Part shown: one piece after another, positions 48,233 to 57,434 of the stretch
Layout: every line of letters begins with the position of its first letter
Position numbering within the stretch: position 1 is the stretch's first letter
From: Alkalispirochaeta sp.
GTDB lineage: Bacteria; Spirochaetota; Spirochaetia; DSM-27196; Alkalispirochaetaceae
NCBI GenBank assembly: GCA_965242725.1
Contig: CBDESZ010000003.1
Span: forward strand, 81,524 to 145,523
Direction: 5' to 3'
DNA: 64,000 nt
Notes under the pieces: generated by a model
The model's input: the letters and a program-made list of their open reading frames with translations, nothing else
The model's database searches: none
What the model was told of the DNA's origin: nothing
Program-made: the position numbers and the translations under genes

Positions 48233-49483
48233 ATGAAAAGCCTACCTTTCTCCAGAAAAACCATCGAAGCCATTGCTCAGGACCATCCCACGCCCTTTCA
48301 CGTGTATGACGAGTCGGCGATACAGGACAACGCCCGGCGTTTCTATAAAGCCTTTTCCTGGGTCCCCGGGGGTTTCAAGAACTTTTTTGCCGTAAAGGCA
48401 CTCCCCAACCCCCATATACTCAATGTGGTTCACCGGGAGGGAATGGGTTTCGACTGTTCAAGTTACGCCGAGCTGGAACTTGTGGAGCGTATCGGCGTCC
48501 GCGGTGAAGAAATCATCTTTACCTCAAACGACACGCCGGCGTACGAGTATCAGAAAGCGAAGGATCTCGGTGCAATCATCAACCTCGATGATTTAAGCCA
48601 CGTCGACTATCTTCACGAGCACGTGGGCATGTCCGACCTCATTTGCATGCGCTACAATCCGGGTCCCCTGAAAAAGGGAAACGTCATCATCGGAAATCCC
48701 GAAGAGGCGAAATATGGATTCACCCGGGAGCAGCTCTTCGAGGGGTATGAAAAAGCGCGCTCATACGGGGCTACCCGGTTTGGCCTCCACACCATGGTCG
48801 CATCCAACGAGCTGAATCCGCAATACTTCGTCGAGACGGCACAGATCCTCTTCGACCTCGTTGTGGAACTCCATGAGCGGCTCGGAATTCGCATCGAGTT
48901 TGTCAATCTTGGCGGCGGGATCGGCATACCCTACCGTCCCGACCAGGAGGCGGTAGACTACGATGTCGTTTCGAAGGGTGTCCACGACGCATATCGCAAT
49001 ACCATCGTTCCCGCCGGGCTCGACCCGGTGCGGATCGTTACGGAAAACGGAAGGGTCATTACGGGACCCTACGGCTATCTCGTCTCGCGGGTCCTCCATA
49101 AAAAGAATATTTACAAGGAATACATAGGACTCGACGCCAATATGGCGAATCTCATGCGGCCGGGCATGTACGGCGCATACCACCACATCACCGTTCTCGG
49201 GAAGGAAAACGCCCCCGCGGAGAAAACCTACGACGTCACCGGCTCGCTATGTGAAAACAACGACAAATTCGCCATAGACCGCGCGTTGCCGGAGATTGAA
49301 ATCGGGGATCTCCTGGTCATACACGACACGGGAGCACACGGTCACTCAATGGGCTTCAACTACAACGGCAAGCTACGTTCCGCGGAACTGCTCTATCGCG
49401 CCGACAAATCGGTGCAACTCATACGTCGCGCCGAGACGACTGAGGATCTCTTCAGGACGCTCGTATGGAAAGGGATCGGGTGA
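48233..49483 (+). CDS. lysA: Diaminopimelate decarboxylase
   Basis: TPFHVYDE, FAVKALPN (PLP lysine), NLGGGIG, ENGRVI, RPGMYGAYH, GSLCENND, GAHGHSMGFNYN. Confidence 0.95.
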   Translation: MKSLPFSRKTIEAIAQDHPTPFHVYDESAIQDNARRFYKAFSWVPGGFKNFFAVKALPNPHILNVVHREGMGFDCSSYAELELVERIGVRGEEIIFTSNDTPAYEYQKAKDLGAIINLDDLSHVDYLHEHVGMSDLICMRYNPGPLKKGNVIIGNPEEAKYGFTREQLFEGYEKARSYGATRFGLHTMVASNELNPQYFVETAQILFDLVVELHERLGIRIEFVNLGGGIGIPYRPDQEAVDYDVVSKGVHDAYRNTIVPAGLDPVRIVTENGRVITGPYGYLVSRVLHKKNIYKEYIGLDANMANLMRPGMYGAYHHITVLGKENAPAEKTYDVTGSLCENNDKFAIDRALPEIEIGDLLVIHDTGAHGHSMGFNYNGKLRSAELLYRADKSVQLIRRAETTEDLFRTLVWKGIG

Positions 49484-49967
49484 GGACGTCGGAAAAGGCG
49501 TCGCAGACCTTTGCCTGCGCCTCTTCCTGACAGATGCAGGACAACAGTTCCCGCCGAAAGAGCTCGTTTCGGGCCATAATCGCCAGAGATGAAAGTATGC
49601 GCAAATAGTCGATCTGGCGGTTGGGGTGGCTTGCGACGATAAAGAGCAGGTTTACCGGAAGGCCGTCGAAGGCATCAAAGTCGAGGCCGTCACGACTCAC
49701 TCCCAGGGCGATTGCGCTGGTGGGCACGAGGGGAGTGCGGCCGTGGGCGATTGCGATTCCGTGGCCGAATCCGGTCGACTGTTCCTTTTCACGCCGGATT
49801 ACCGCTGCGGTGAGGGAATCGAGATTCAGGCCTGGAATGGTGCGGAAGATCTCCGTGCGGTGAATCGTTTCCCGGATGGCGTCAAACTTGTTTGTGCTGT
49901 GAAGATCCCAGACAACGCTGCCTGGTAAAAAATAGTCGTGGCCTGACGCGGAACTCATATACTTCAC
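49452..49967 (-). CDS. Standalone PTS EIIA (Ntr/Fru-type) domain protein
   Basis: REKEQSTGFGHGIAIAHGR, DFDAFDGLPVNLLF, YLRILSSLA; start may be ATG 49958. Confidence 0.85.
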   Translation of the reverse strand: MKYMSSASGHDYFLPGSVVWDLHSTNKFDAIRETIHRTEIFRTIPGLNLDSLTAAVIRREKEQSTGFGHGIAIAHGRTPLVPTSAIALGVSRDGLDFDAFDGLPVNLLFIVASHPNRQIDYLRILSSLAIMARNELFRRELLSCICQEEAQAKVCDAFSDVLTRSLSIRAS

Positions 49968-50079
49968 CTATAGTCACCAACGAAGGCGGCGGTGTCAATA
50001 GATGCCGTCAAATCGTCGGCGCTCCTCTTGTTCTAGTATCGGCGCCTCCGTGGAGGGTATAAGGAAGACTTTGCTTCGC

Positions 50080-50844
50080 CTATTCATGGGGGATCCTGTT
50101 GAAACGACAGGCGCAGACGGCAGAGGCGGGATCGGCGCCCCCTTCTTTGACCCAGACCTCGGCGACGGTGCTGCCGTCGGTGGATCCGCCTCCGTGCCGA
50201 CTCAACACGGTGAACTCCTGGCCGATACGGGTTTCGGCGGTAAAGGTTAAAAGTCCCAGCGTATCGGGGTCATCGGGCTTAACGACCCCGGGCGCCCAGT
50301 CGCTCAGCCACTGGGCGTACCGTCCATTGTTAACGTGGGCGTTCCGGTCGGTATCGCTCGGTCGAACGCGATCCCATGTTGCCCCCGTCAGAATGGTCGC
50401 CGGATCGGAAATTGCCTCGGTCTTGCCTGTGGGGACCGGGAGGGGGACCTCATTGACGGCCCACTCCCGGGCGAGACGACGCTCCGGTCGCACCGGACGT
50501 CCCGACGTACCGTCAAGAACGATCCACGCACTGGACGCCTGGGCGAGCATCTCCCCTTTATCATTCTCGACGACAAACTCGCGCATCGCGTAAAGACGAA
50601 CGATCCGGCTCGGCCAGGTGGTGACAACAAGTCTCTCGCCCCACTGCGGGCGCCGGACAAATCGGATGCCCAGGCGGTGGAGGACCCAGTAGACGGGCGT
50701 ATCTTCCTCAGTAAAATCAACACCCAGGCGGTGGGCGTGCTCCCACGCCGCCTCCTGGAAGATCGACGCCATGCCGTCAAAGCCGAGTCGGTCGTCGGGC
50801 CTGCAGAGGAAACTGGGGACACGAATCTCATAGGTATGCTTCAT
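50080..50844 (-). CDS. Acyl-ACP thioesterase
   Basis: FQEAAWEHA, WVLHRL, TTWP, SDTDRNAHVNNGRY. Confidence 0.88.
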   Translation of the reverse strand: MKHTYEIRVPSFLCRPDDRLGFDGMASIFQEAAWEHAHRLGVDFTEEDTPVYWVLHRLGIRFVRRPQWGERLVVTTWPSRIVRLYAMREFVVENDKGEMLAQASSAWIVLDGTSGRPVRPERRLAREWAVNEVPLPVPTGKTEAISDPATILTGATWDRVRPSDTDRNAHVNNGRYAQWLSDWAPGVVKPDDPDTLGLLTFTAETRIGQEFTVLSRHGGGSTDGSTVAEVWVKEGGADPASAVCACRFNRIPHE

Positions 50845-53800
50845 TTCTTCTCGTCTTTCTTCGTTCCGCCCCGTTTCGGTCGGCCTGAACTCTTCTTTGT
50901 CGTTTCACCGGTTGCATCCTTCGGCGCGGACTTCTTCGTCCCTTTTTGCGTGCTTTTCGGCTTCGCCTCCGCTGCGGGTGACGGCGTTTCCAGAAGTTCC
51001 ATGAAGCGGTCTATGCGATATCCGCTGCGTTCCTCGGCGGACCGCCACGACAGATAGACCCGATTCATACCTTTCATTTCGTCGCCGAGCTTCTTCCACG
51101 GAATCGTCTTGCCGGCGGCGATGGAGGCGGTAATTTCATGCCACGCTCCCAGCACGACAAGCCAGTCGATAAAGCGGGAAAACGCTTCCCTGTTGAACCA
51201 GGTTACCCCGTTGTGCACGTGAATATGGAGAAAGTCCTCCACATTTGAATCGGCGGTGAGAATCTCCATTGCCGCGAGGGCGGCCCGTTCCGGTTCCTCC
51301 TCCGCCACGTAGCGCCACCAGTTGTGGTGCGCCAGGGTGACCTGGACGAGGCGTTCCCAATACGACGGAAGTTCGCCTGAGGGGCTCACCTGCGTCAGTA
51401 TCGGTTGAAGCGTCTCGATAAGCTGCCATTCCGCCGCCTGGTCCAGCGCCTGAAATCCCGCCGCCCGGGGCGTCAATTCCTCCTCACCGTGGACAAAGAC
51501 ATCCAGCGGCAGGAGAAGCGCAAGGGCGAGAAAGACCGAGGCGTCGTCCCGTTCGGACTTCAGATGGGACGCGATGAGACGGGCAACATCGTCGGGTGCG
51601 TGTGACTCGAGTTGGGAAATACGTCCCAGAGCCTGTCCGGTGTGCTTGAAAAGCTCCACTGCGTGCTCGATCCGGGTTGTGTGCTCACAGAATTGGGCGG
51701 CGATGCCGAGAAAGCCGCGGTATTGTTCCGCCAGTCCGTCCCAATCGACCGGTTTCCGGTCATCGATGAGGGAGTCCATGAGCGTCCGAAGCACCCCGGT
51801 ATTGGCAATCACGCCAAACGCATCGTGAAGGGGCTGCAGCAGCAGGTGCTTCAGCGACTTATTGAGATCCGGTGTCCCCGCCCCGCCAAGGTGGTCGCTG
51901 AGACGGGCGTAATGGGAGTAACCGTTATCCTCTACTTCGTAGATATTGAGAAAGACCTGACTTTCATAGCCTCTGAGGGAGACAAAGAGTCCCTTCTCAT
52001 ATATCTCGCCGCTGTTTCGAATGAACCACAGACCGCTGCGCTGTTCCTGGAATATCACGTAGCGCCGCCATGAGTGGGTAAGACCGAGGGCGGAACCTAT
52101 CTGCTCCCGCCGCTCGTCCCGTTCCGTCTCCGCGTTGGTCACGTAGGGAGTTGAGGTGTGAACCCATCCGGAAGCCGACTCGTAGGCGTTGTTGTACAGG
52201 ACAAATGCCCGCTCGTCGTGGTGGGCGTTGCTGTAGGCGTAGACGTTGGTCAGAACATTTCCGTCGGCGTTGTACACATCAAAGAGACGAAAGGATGTGG
52301 CGTCGGCAAAGAGATATCGTTTGTGCATGAGAGGAAAAATTTCCCGCCGATGCCGCGCAATGAGTTCCTGATTGGGAGTCTCGTCCCAGTAGGCGCGACG
52401 GTATTCCATGCCGTACTTTTCCGCAAATCCTTCGATCTGACCGTGACCGAACATCGGCAGCCCCGGCATCGTCACCATGAGGGTGGCAACACCGAAATAC
52501 TTGTCTCCCGTGCCGAATTGGGCGACCGCCGTCTCCTCGTCGGGGTTGTTCATGAAATTGACGAAGCGCTTGAGGACTTCCGGGTCGTAAAGGAGGGTGT
52601 TCTTGACCGTCTGCCGGTACTTATCGTTTTCCTCGTTCTTCAGCATGTTCATGAATGCGCTGTTGTACACGCGGTGCATTCCGAGGTTCCTGACAAAGAA
52701 ACTTTCCATCATCCAGAACGCCTCGGCGAGAAGGAGCGTGTCCGGTACCTCCTCGGCCACGCGATCCACCACTTCCCGCCAGAACTCCACCGGCATGGCG
52801 GAGTCAAAATCGGCCTGGGTGAGGCCGTGTTCGCTCCGGGAGGGAATATCGCCGCCCTGGCCGGGCGCGGGATACCAGAGGCGCTGAATGTGCTTCTTGG
52901 CGAGGGTCATCGCCGCGTCAAAACGAATGATGGGAAAGTTCCGCGCCACGTGAAGGATCAGCTGAATGACCGCTTCCCGGACCTCGCCGTTGAGATAGTC
53001 AAGCTGTGCCGTATCGTTCCAGGGCATGCTCGTGCCGTCATTGCCGTGGTATATGTATCTGGTCCGCCCCGAGTGGTGGTCCACGTGCTTAAAGACGACC
53101 GCCGCATCGCTGCGGTCATAATAATGGTCCTCCAGATAGACGCCCACGTCGGGGTTGGTTGAAAGGTTTTCGCCGTCAAATGTGTAGCCCGGAAAGGGCG
53201 GATGGTCGAGGGCGATATACCAGTCGGGATGCTCATGGACCCATCTGCTGTCGATTCCCGTGTGGTTGGGAACCATATCGGATGCGATCCGAATGCCCCG
53301 GTACCACAGCCGTCGCCGGAGATTGTCCAGGGCGTCCCAGCCGCCGATTTCGCCGGCGATCTCGTAATCGTAGAGCGAGTAGGCGCTCGCGTCGGCGTCG
53401 GGATTGCCGCAGAGATTCTTGATGCGCCGGGACGCCGACGACCGTTGCCACAGGCCGATCAGCCAGAGGCCGGTAAACCCCTGTCGTGCAAGTTCATCCA
53501 GTTCCTCGTCGGGGACGGCGTCGAGGGTTCTGATCTCCCGGCCGTACTGTTTTGAAAGCTGATCGAGCCAGACGAGGGTGCTCTTGGCCATGATAACCGC
53601 CCGGGGCATCCACTCCCTGTCGGGGCTGAAGCGGGCGTAATCCGCCTCCTCCTCGGCGCCGCCGGAGGCACCGAATTCCAGAACCTGGGACTCGCCGGGA
53701 CCGAAAAAACGTCCCTTCGTCTCTTCCGATATGACATCGAGGGAACGGAGAATACGATCGAGAAAGGAGCCCAGTACTGAGGCCCAGCGTGTGCGGATGT

Positions 53801-54542
53801 ATTCAAGCTGGGCGTGGAGATCGTTGGGATGGTGAATCGCCGGGGCGCGAAGTAGGTCGATCAGCGTATCGTCGCCGGGGCCGAAACCGGGAAGAACGGC
53901 GAAGTACTCCTGAGCGGTACGCATCGCACGGCGGTACGGGGTGTCCACAACCATGATCCCCTCGTCAAAGAGCTCCATCAACGGAGAGTAGGCGGGATTA
54001 CGGTTACCGACCCACATGACGATCATCTCTTCCAGTGCCACCTGTCGACCGTCGATGCCTTCCACACTGCGATTCAGGCTCTCTTCAACGCTTTCCCGTC
54101 CGGTGTAGACATCGCGGGTGGGAAAACGCTCCGCGAAGGTCGACAGAAGTGTGTCCACCTCCTCCCGACCCAGCTCCGCGACAAGGCGCGATTCAAGCCC
54201 TTCCATAAGATCCGAACCGTACTGGTCCAGGTACTGACCGATGAGGTAGTGAAAAATCTCATCGATGAGACCCATTGCGTAAACATCTCCGGCGCGGACG
54301 GAGCGGTCGGGGTGGAGTACCGCCTTGCGGACGGTGTTAATACGCATCGCCATTTGACGGGCACCACGAACGTCGGCAAACAGAACGTGACCGGCCAGAG
54401 AAAAAAGTTCTTCCGAAAAGTCATAGGTATCTCGAGCGCTCCGTGAGACGTGAAACTCCCGCCTGGGACCCCGAATCCGTTGGGGTACGTGCCAGTATCG
54501 GCCTGGTATATCGCGTCTGTTCTTTTCGGTTCGTTCGATCAT
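50841..54542 (-). CDS. Large GH13 alpha-amylase-family protein
   Basis: DMVPNH, WNDTAQL, IRFDAAM (nucleophile), LAEAFW (acid/base), FMNNPDE; long N- and C-terminal extensions. Confidence 0.85.
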   Translation of the reverse strand: MIERTEKNRRDIPGRYWHVPQRIRGPRREFHVSRSARDTYDFSEELFSLAGHVLFADVRGARQMAMRINTVRKAVLHPDRSVRAGDVYAMGLIDEIFHYLIGQYLDQYGSDLMEGLESRLVAELGREEVDTLLSTFAERFPTRDVYTGRESVEESLNRSVEGIDGRQVALEEMIVMWVGNRNPAYSPLMELFDEGIMVVDTPYRRAMRTAQEYFAVLPGFGPGDDTLIDLLRAPAIHHPNDLHAQLEYIRTRWASVLGSFLDRILRSLDVISEETKGRFFGPGESQVLEFGASGGAEEEADYARFSPDREWMPRAVIMAKSTLVWLDQLSKQYGREIRTLDAVPDEELDELARQGFTGLWLIGLWQRSSASRRIKNLCGNPDADASAYSLYDYEIAGEIGGWDALDNLRRRLWYRGIRIASDMVPNHTGIDSRWVHEHPDWYIALDHPPFPGYTFDGENLSTNPDVGVYLEDHYYDRSDAAVVFKHVDHHSGRTRYIYHGNDGTSMPWNDTAQLDYLNGEVREAVIQLILHVARNFPIIRFDAAMTLAKKHIQRLWYPAPGQGGDIPSRSEHGLTQADFDSAMPVEFWREVVDRVAEEVPDTLLLAEAFWMMESFFVRNLGMHRVYNSAFMNMLKNEENDKYRQTVKNTLLYDPEVLKRFVNFMNNPDEETAVAQFGTGDKYFGVATLMVTMPGLPMFGHGQIEGFAEKYGMEYRRAYWDETPNQELIARHRREIFPLMHKRYLFADATSFRLFDVYNADGNVLTNVYAYSNAHHDERAFVLYNNAYESASGWVHTSTPYVTNAETERDERREQIGSALGLTHSWRRYVIFQEQRSGLWFIRNSGEIYEKGLFVSLRGYESQVFLNIYEVEDNGYSHYARLSDHLGGAGTPDLNKSLKHLLLQPLHDAFGVIANTGVLRTLMDSLIDDRKPVDWDGLAEQYRGFLGIAAQFCEHTTRIEHAVELFKHTGQALGRISQLESHAPDDVARLIASHLKSERDDASVFLALALLLPLDVFVHGEEELTPRAAGFQALDQAAEWQLIETLQPILTQVSPSGELPSYWERLVQVTLAHHNWWRYVAEEEPERAALAAMEILTADSNVEDFLHIHVHNGVTWFNREAFSRFIDWLVVLGAWHEITASIAAGKTIPWKKLGDEMKGMNRVYLSWRSAEERSGYRIDRFMELLETPSPAAEAKPKSTQKGTKKSAPKDATGETTKKSSGRPKRGGTKKDEKK

Positions 54543-56542
54543 ATATGCTCCTCGTTACCATTCCTGATCGCGGTGAGGGCCCGCACCTCGGCGTTCAGGT
54601 TTTCATTTCGATGAAGGTCCTCCAGAGTCAGAGGCATCCTCCACGTCCAGTTGAAATCATTGTATGTACCCGGAACGTTTACCCGTTCCTGGGCCGGATC
54701 ATCGTGGATCGTCTCCGGACTCAAGACGAGCAGGTCCTGGAGGGCAAAAACGACGATCCTGCTGGGAGAGCGCAGAAGCGCACGATAGACCTCCCGCGCC
54801 GTGGCGGGGTCAAAGCGATCCGGAGCCGGCGCATCGTGGCCGAGCATCTTCCACAGTTCATCCCGACCGGACTCCTGCTCCCACCAGCCGCGCATCGTGC
54901 TCGTATCGTGAACACTGGGGGCGCACACACTCAGCTCGGGGTATTCATGGAACGGAATGAGCGGCTCTCCCGGTTGATCCCAGTGGTGGGTCCACCGGGG
55001 AATCTTGAGACCAAGAATATCGAGAGATTGAAGCACCCGGGGAACCGCTTCAGGTACGACGCCCAGGTCCTCGGCGCAGGGCAGCATTTCAGAGCTCTCC
55101 TTCATGACCGATAGAACGGTCCCGCCGTGTTCCGCCCACAACTCATTGCTTCTGATCGCCGCACGGGACACGAGCGTCTCGAATCGTTCCCGTTCCTCCC
55201 CTGAGAGATCACGGAAACGGCTGCACTCCCTGAACGTCCATGTCGGCGCCCAGGTACCGTCGGGGAGCGCCACCAGGGCACGATCGCGGTAGTGGAAGAG
55301 CAGGCGCTCCTTCACCGGTTCCGGGACGTCAAGCTCCGAGATCATCTGTTCGCCCGTGACCTCCGGCGAAAAAAGGTAGAGGTTCTGGTCTTCCGCGAGC
55401 CGTTTCAGGATTCCCAGCGCCCCGACAATCCGGTCAAAGTTGTCCGCACCGATCTCATCGATGAGGGTGTCCGAAGATATGTGTGGCTCTGCGAGCCACC
55501 TGATGCGCCCTTCGTCGAAACCGATATCCTTGAGGTCGTCGTCGTTCATGCCGTGCTGAGGCCAGAAAAAGCCGGGTATGCCGGAGAAATTGCCCGCCGG
55601 CACCGCCCAGATCCTGAAAAAGCCCAGAACGTGGTCGATCCGGTAGGCGTGATAAAACTGTGCCGCCTGGGCAAGGCGTTCACGCCACCAGTCGTAGTTC
55701 CGCCGGCGGAGAACTTTCCAGTTGTAAATGGGAAACCCCCAGTTCTGGCCGAGCTCGCTGAACATATCCGGCGGTGCCCCCGCCCGGAGGTCCTGTCGGA
55801 AAATCTCCCCCTCCGCCCAGGCGTCCGCGCTGTCCTCATTCATCAGAATGGGAATGTCGCCCTTGAGAACGATGCCCATATCGTCCAGCGTCGCCGCCGC
55901 GGCGGAAAACTGCTCGGCCAGACGCATCTGTATCCACGCAAAGAAGCGGGTCTGCTCCTGCAGGCTCTTCCGTTTCCACAGCCGTTCCACGCCGTCCCGA
56001 TCGATCTCCCGGTCGGAGTCCCATTCAGTCCACGCCGTTTCGCCACGCGCTCCCTTGAGTGCGCGGAAGACGGCGTAGGGTTTCAGCCACCTGTTCTTCT
56101 TTATAAATGAACCAAGGGTCACCGCGGCGTCGTCGAGTACACCGGATGCGTCAAAAATCCGTTTCAGGAGGACGAGTTTGGCGTTCAACACCGCGGGGTA
56201 GTCGAAACGCGCTGTGTCGTCGTACTCCGATTTTCCCTTGGCAATCGCCGTGTCGATGATCTCCCGTTCCGGTTTCGGCAAGGCATGGTATTCCGGGATA
56301 TCCCTGATGCGAATGTATATGGGATGGAGTGCATTGGCGCTTAACGCGCTGTAGGGGGAACTCTGACCGCCCGTATCGTTTACCGGCAGCAGCTGTATCA
56401 GCTGTATGCCCCGGTGGACACACCACTCACCCAGGGCGACCAGATCGGCAAACTCCCCGCATCCCATCGTTTCTTCGCTTCTCAACGACGCCAGCGGAAC
56501 GAGAATTCCCGTCACTTTCCTGTCACTGTATGGATATTTCAC
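54539..56542 (-). CDS. malQ: 4-alpha-glucanotransferase (GH77)
   Basis: IQLLPVND, SPYSALS, KGDIPI, GAPPDMFS..GQNWGFP, RIDHVLGFFRIW, AEDLG, HDTST, NVPGT. Confidence 0.93.
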   Translation of the reverse strand: MKYPYSDRKVTGILVPLASLRSEETMGCGEFADLVALGEWCVHRGIQLIQLLPVNDTGGQSSPYSALSANALHPIYIRIRDIPEYHALPKPEREIIDTAIAKGKSEYDDTARFDYPAVLNAKLVLLKRIFDASGVLDDAAVTLGSFIKKNRWLKPYAVFRALKGARGETAWTEWDSDREIDRDGVERLWKRKSLQEQTRFFAWIQMRLAEQFSAAAATLDDMGIVLKGDIPILMNEDSADAWAEGEIFRQDLRAGAPPDMFSELGQNWGFPIYNWKVLRRRNYDWWRERLAQAAQFYHAYRIDHVLGFFRIWAVPAGNFSGIPGFFWPQHGMNDDDLKDIGFDEGRIRWLAEPHISSDTLIDEIGADNFDRIVGALGILKRLAEDQNLYLFSPEVTGEQMISELDVPEPVKERLLFHYRDRALVALPDGTWAPTWTFRECSRFRDLSGEERERFETLVSRAAIRSNELWAEHGGTVLSVMKESSEMLPCAEDLGVVPEAVPRVLQSLDILGLKIPRWTHHWDQPGEPLIPFHEYPELSVCAPSVHDTSTMRGWWEQESGRDELWKMLGHDAPAPDRFDPATAREVYRALLRSPSRIVVFALQDLLVLSPETIHDDPAQERVNVPGTYNDFNWTWRMPLTLEDLHRNENLNAEVRALTAIRNGNEEHI

Positions 56543-56649
56543 CTATGGTCCCCCCAATTGTGGTACTACAAGTATAGAAGAGTCGACCGGTACGGACAAC
56601 GTGAAGAGATCGGACCGTAGGGCGGGACGCGCAGGCAATACGTTAAAGA

Positions 56650-57258
56650 TCAGAGTTCCTGAATGCGATCGCGGATTCTTGCCGCTTCTTCGTAGTTTTC
56701 CTCATCAACTGCGCGTTGCAGGGCGGCTTCCAGCCGTGTTCGTTCGTCCACCGTCTGTTGTTCCGCCTTGGCGTCGCCGGCGGGCTCGTCGGTACGGCCG
56801 GCGTCGTCGACAAAAAGGGTATCTTCCGTCCCCTCTTCCTCGGTGATGAGATTGACGGCGACCCCGGCTTCATCGACGATCGACTCGGCGATAAAGACGG
56901 GACAATGTACCCGGGAAGCTATCCCCAGACTGTCCGACGGCCGGGAATCCACAACGATGCGTTTCAGCCCCTGTTTTATGACCAATCGCGAATAAAACGT
57001 GCGATCCTTGAGATCGGTGATCTCAACCCGTTCCACACTCATATTGCTCTTCTCGAGAACGGAGATAAACAGATCGTGTGTCATTGGCCGGGGAACCGGA
57101 ACGCCTGCCAGTCCAAAGAGAATCGACTGCGCTTCCAGCTGACCGATAAAAATAGGAACCGCCCGGTCGCTCCCGACCGGTTTGACCAGGACCGCATTTC
57201 CCTTGTCCGTTCGTGCAACTGTCCAGATCTCGGCTTCTACAAGCATGATATTTTTCAT
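56650..57258 (-). CDS. Bifunctional nuclease (DUF151) with C-terminal UVR domain
   Basis: PIFIGQLEAQSI, RPMTHDL, DSRPSD, AVDEENYEEAARIRD; alternative start 57246. Confidence 0.9.
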   Translation of the reverse strand: MKNIMLVEAEIWTVARTDKGNAVLVKPVGSDRAVPIFIGQLEAQSILFGLAGVPVPRPMTHDLFISVLEKSNMSVERVEITDLKDRTFYSRLVIKQGLKRIVVDSRPSDSLGIASRVHCPVFIAESIVDEAGVAVNLITEEEGTEDTLFVDDAGRTDEPAGDAKAEQQTVDERTRLEAALQRAVDEENYEEAARIRDRIQEL

Positions 57259-57311
57259 ACCTTCATGTACATAATAACAACGGTGAGTCGCGAATTCAAC
57301 GCGCCGCTGCC

Positions 57312-57385
57312 GTGAGAGCGCCGTCGCCCGGCGTGCATGTCCGCGCCTTCGGCTGCGGAGACGCACGCTGATAGACGGCTCTCAC
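57312..57385. repeat. Long imperfect intergenic stem-loop
   Basis: Nested pairs gtgaga/tctcac, gccgtc/gacggc, cggcgtgc/gcacgctg, tccgc/gcgga, gcc-ttc-ggc. Confidence 0.6.
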
Positions 57386-57434
57386 TCAGTCTCTATTACG
57401 GTATCGACGTCGAAGAGACGGATTTTCTATACAA

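Noticed and set aside
49452..49483. 32-bp convergent overlap of lysA and the PTS IIA gene
   Set aside because: Short convergent overlaps are common (also 9278-9308) and carry no further signal
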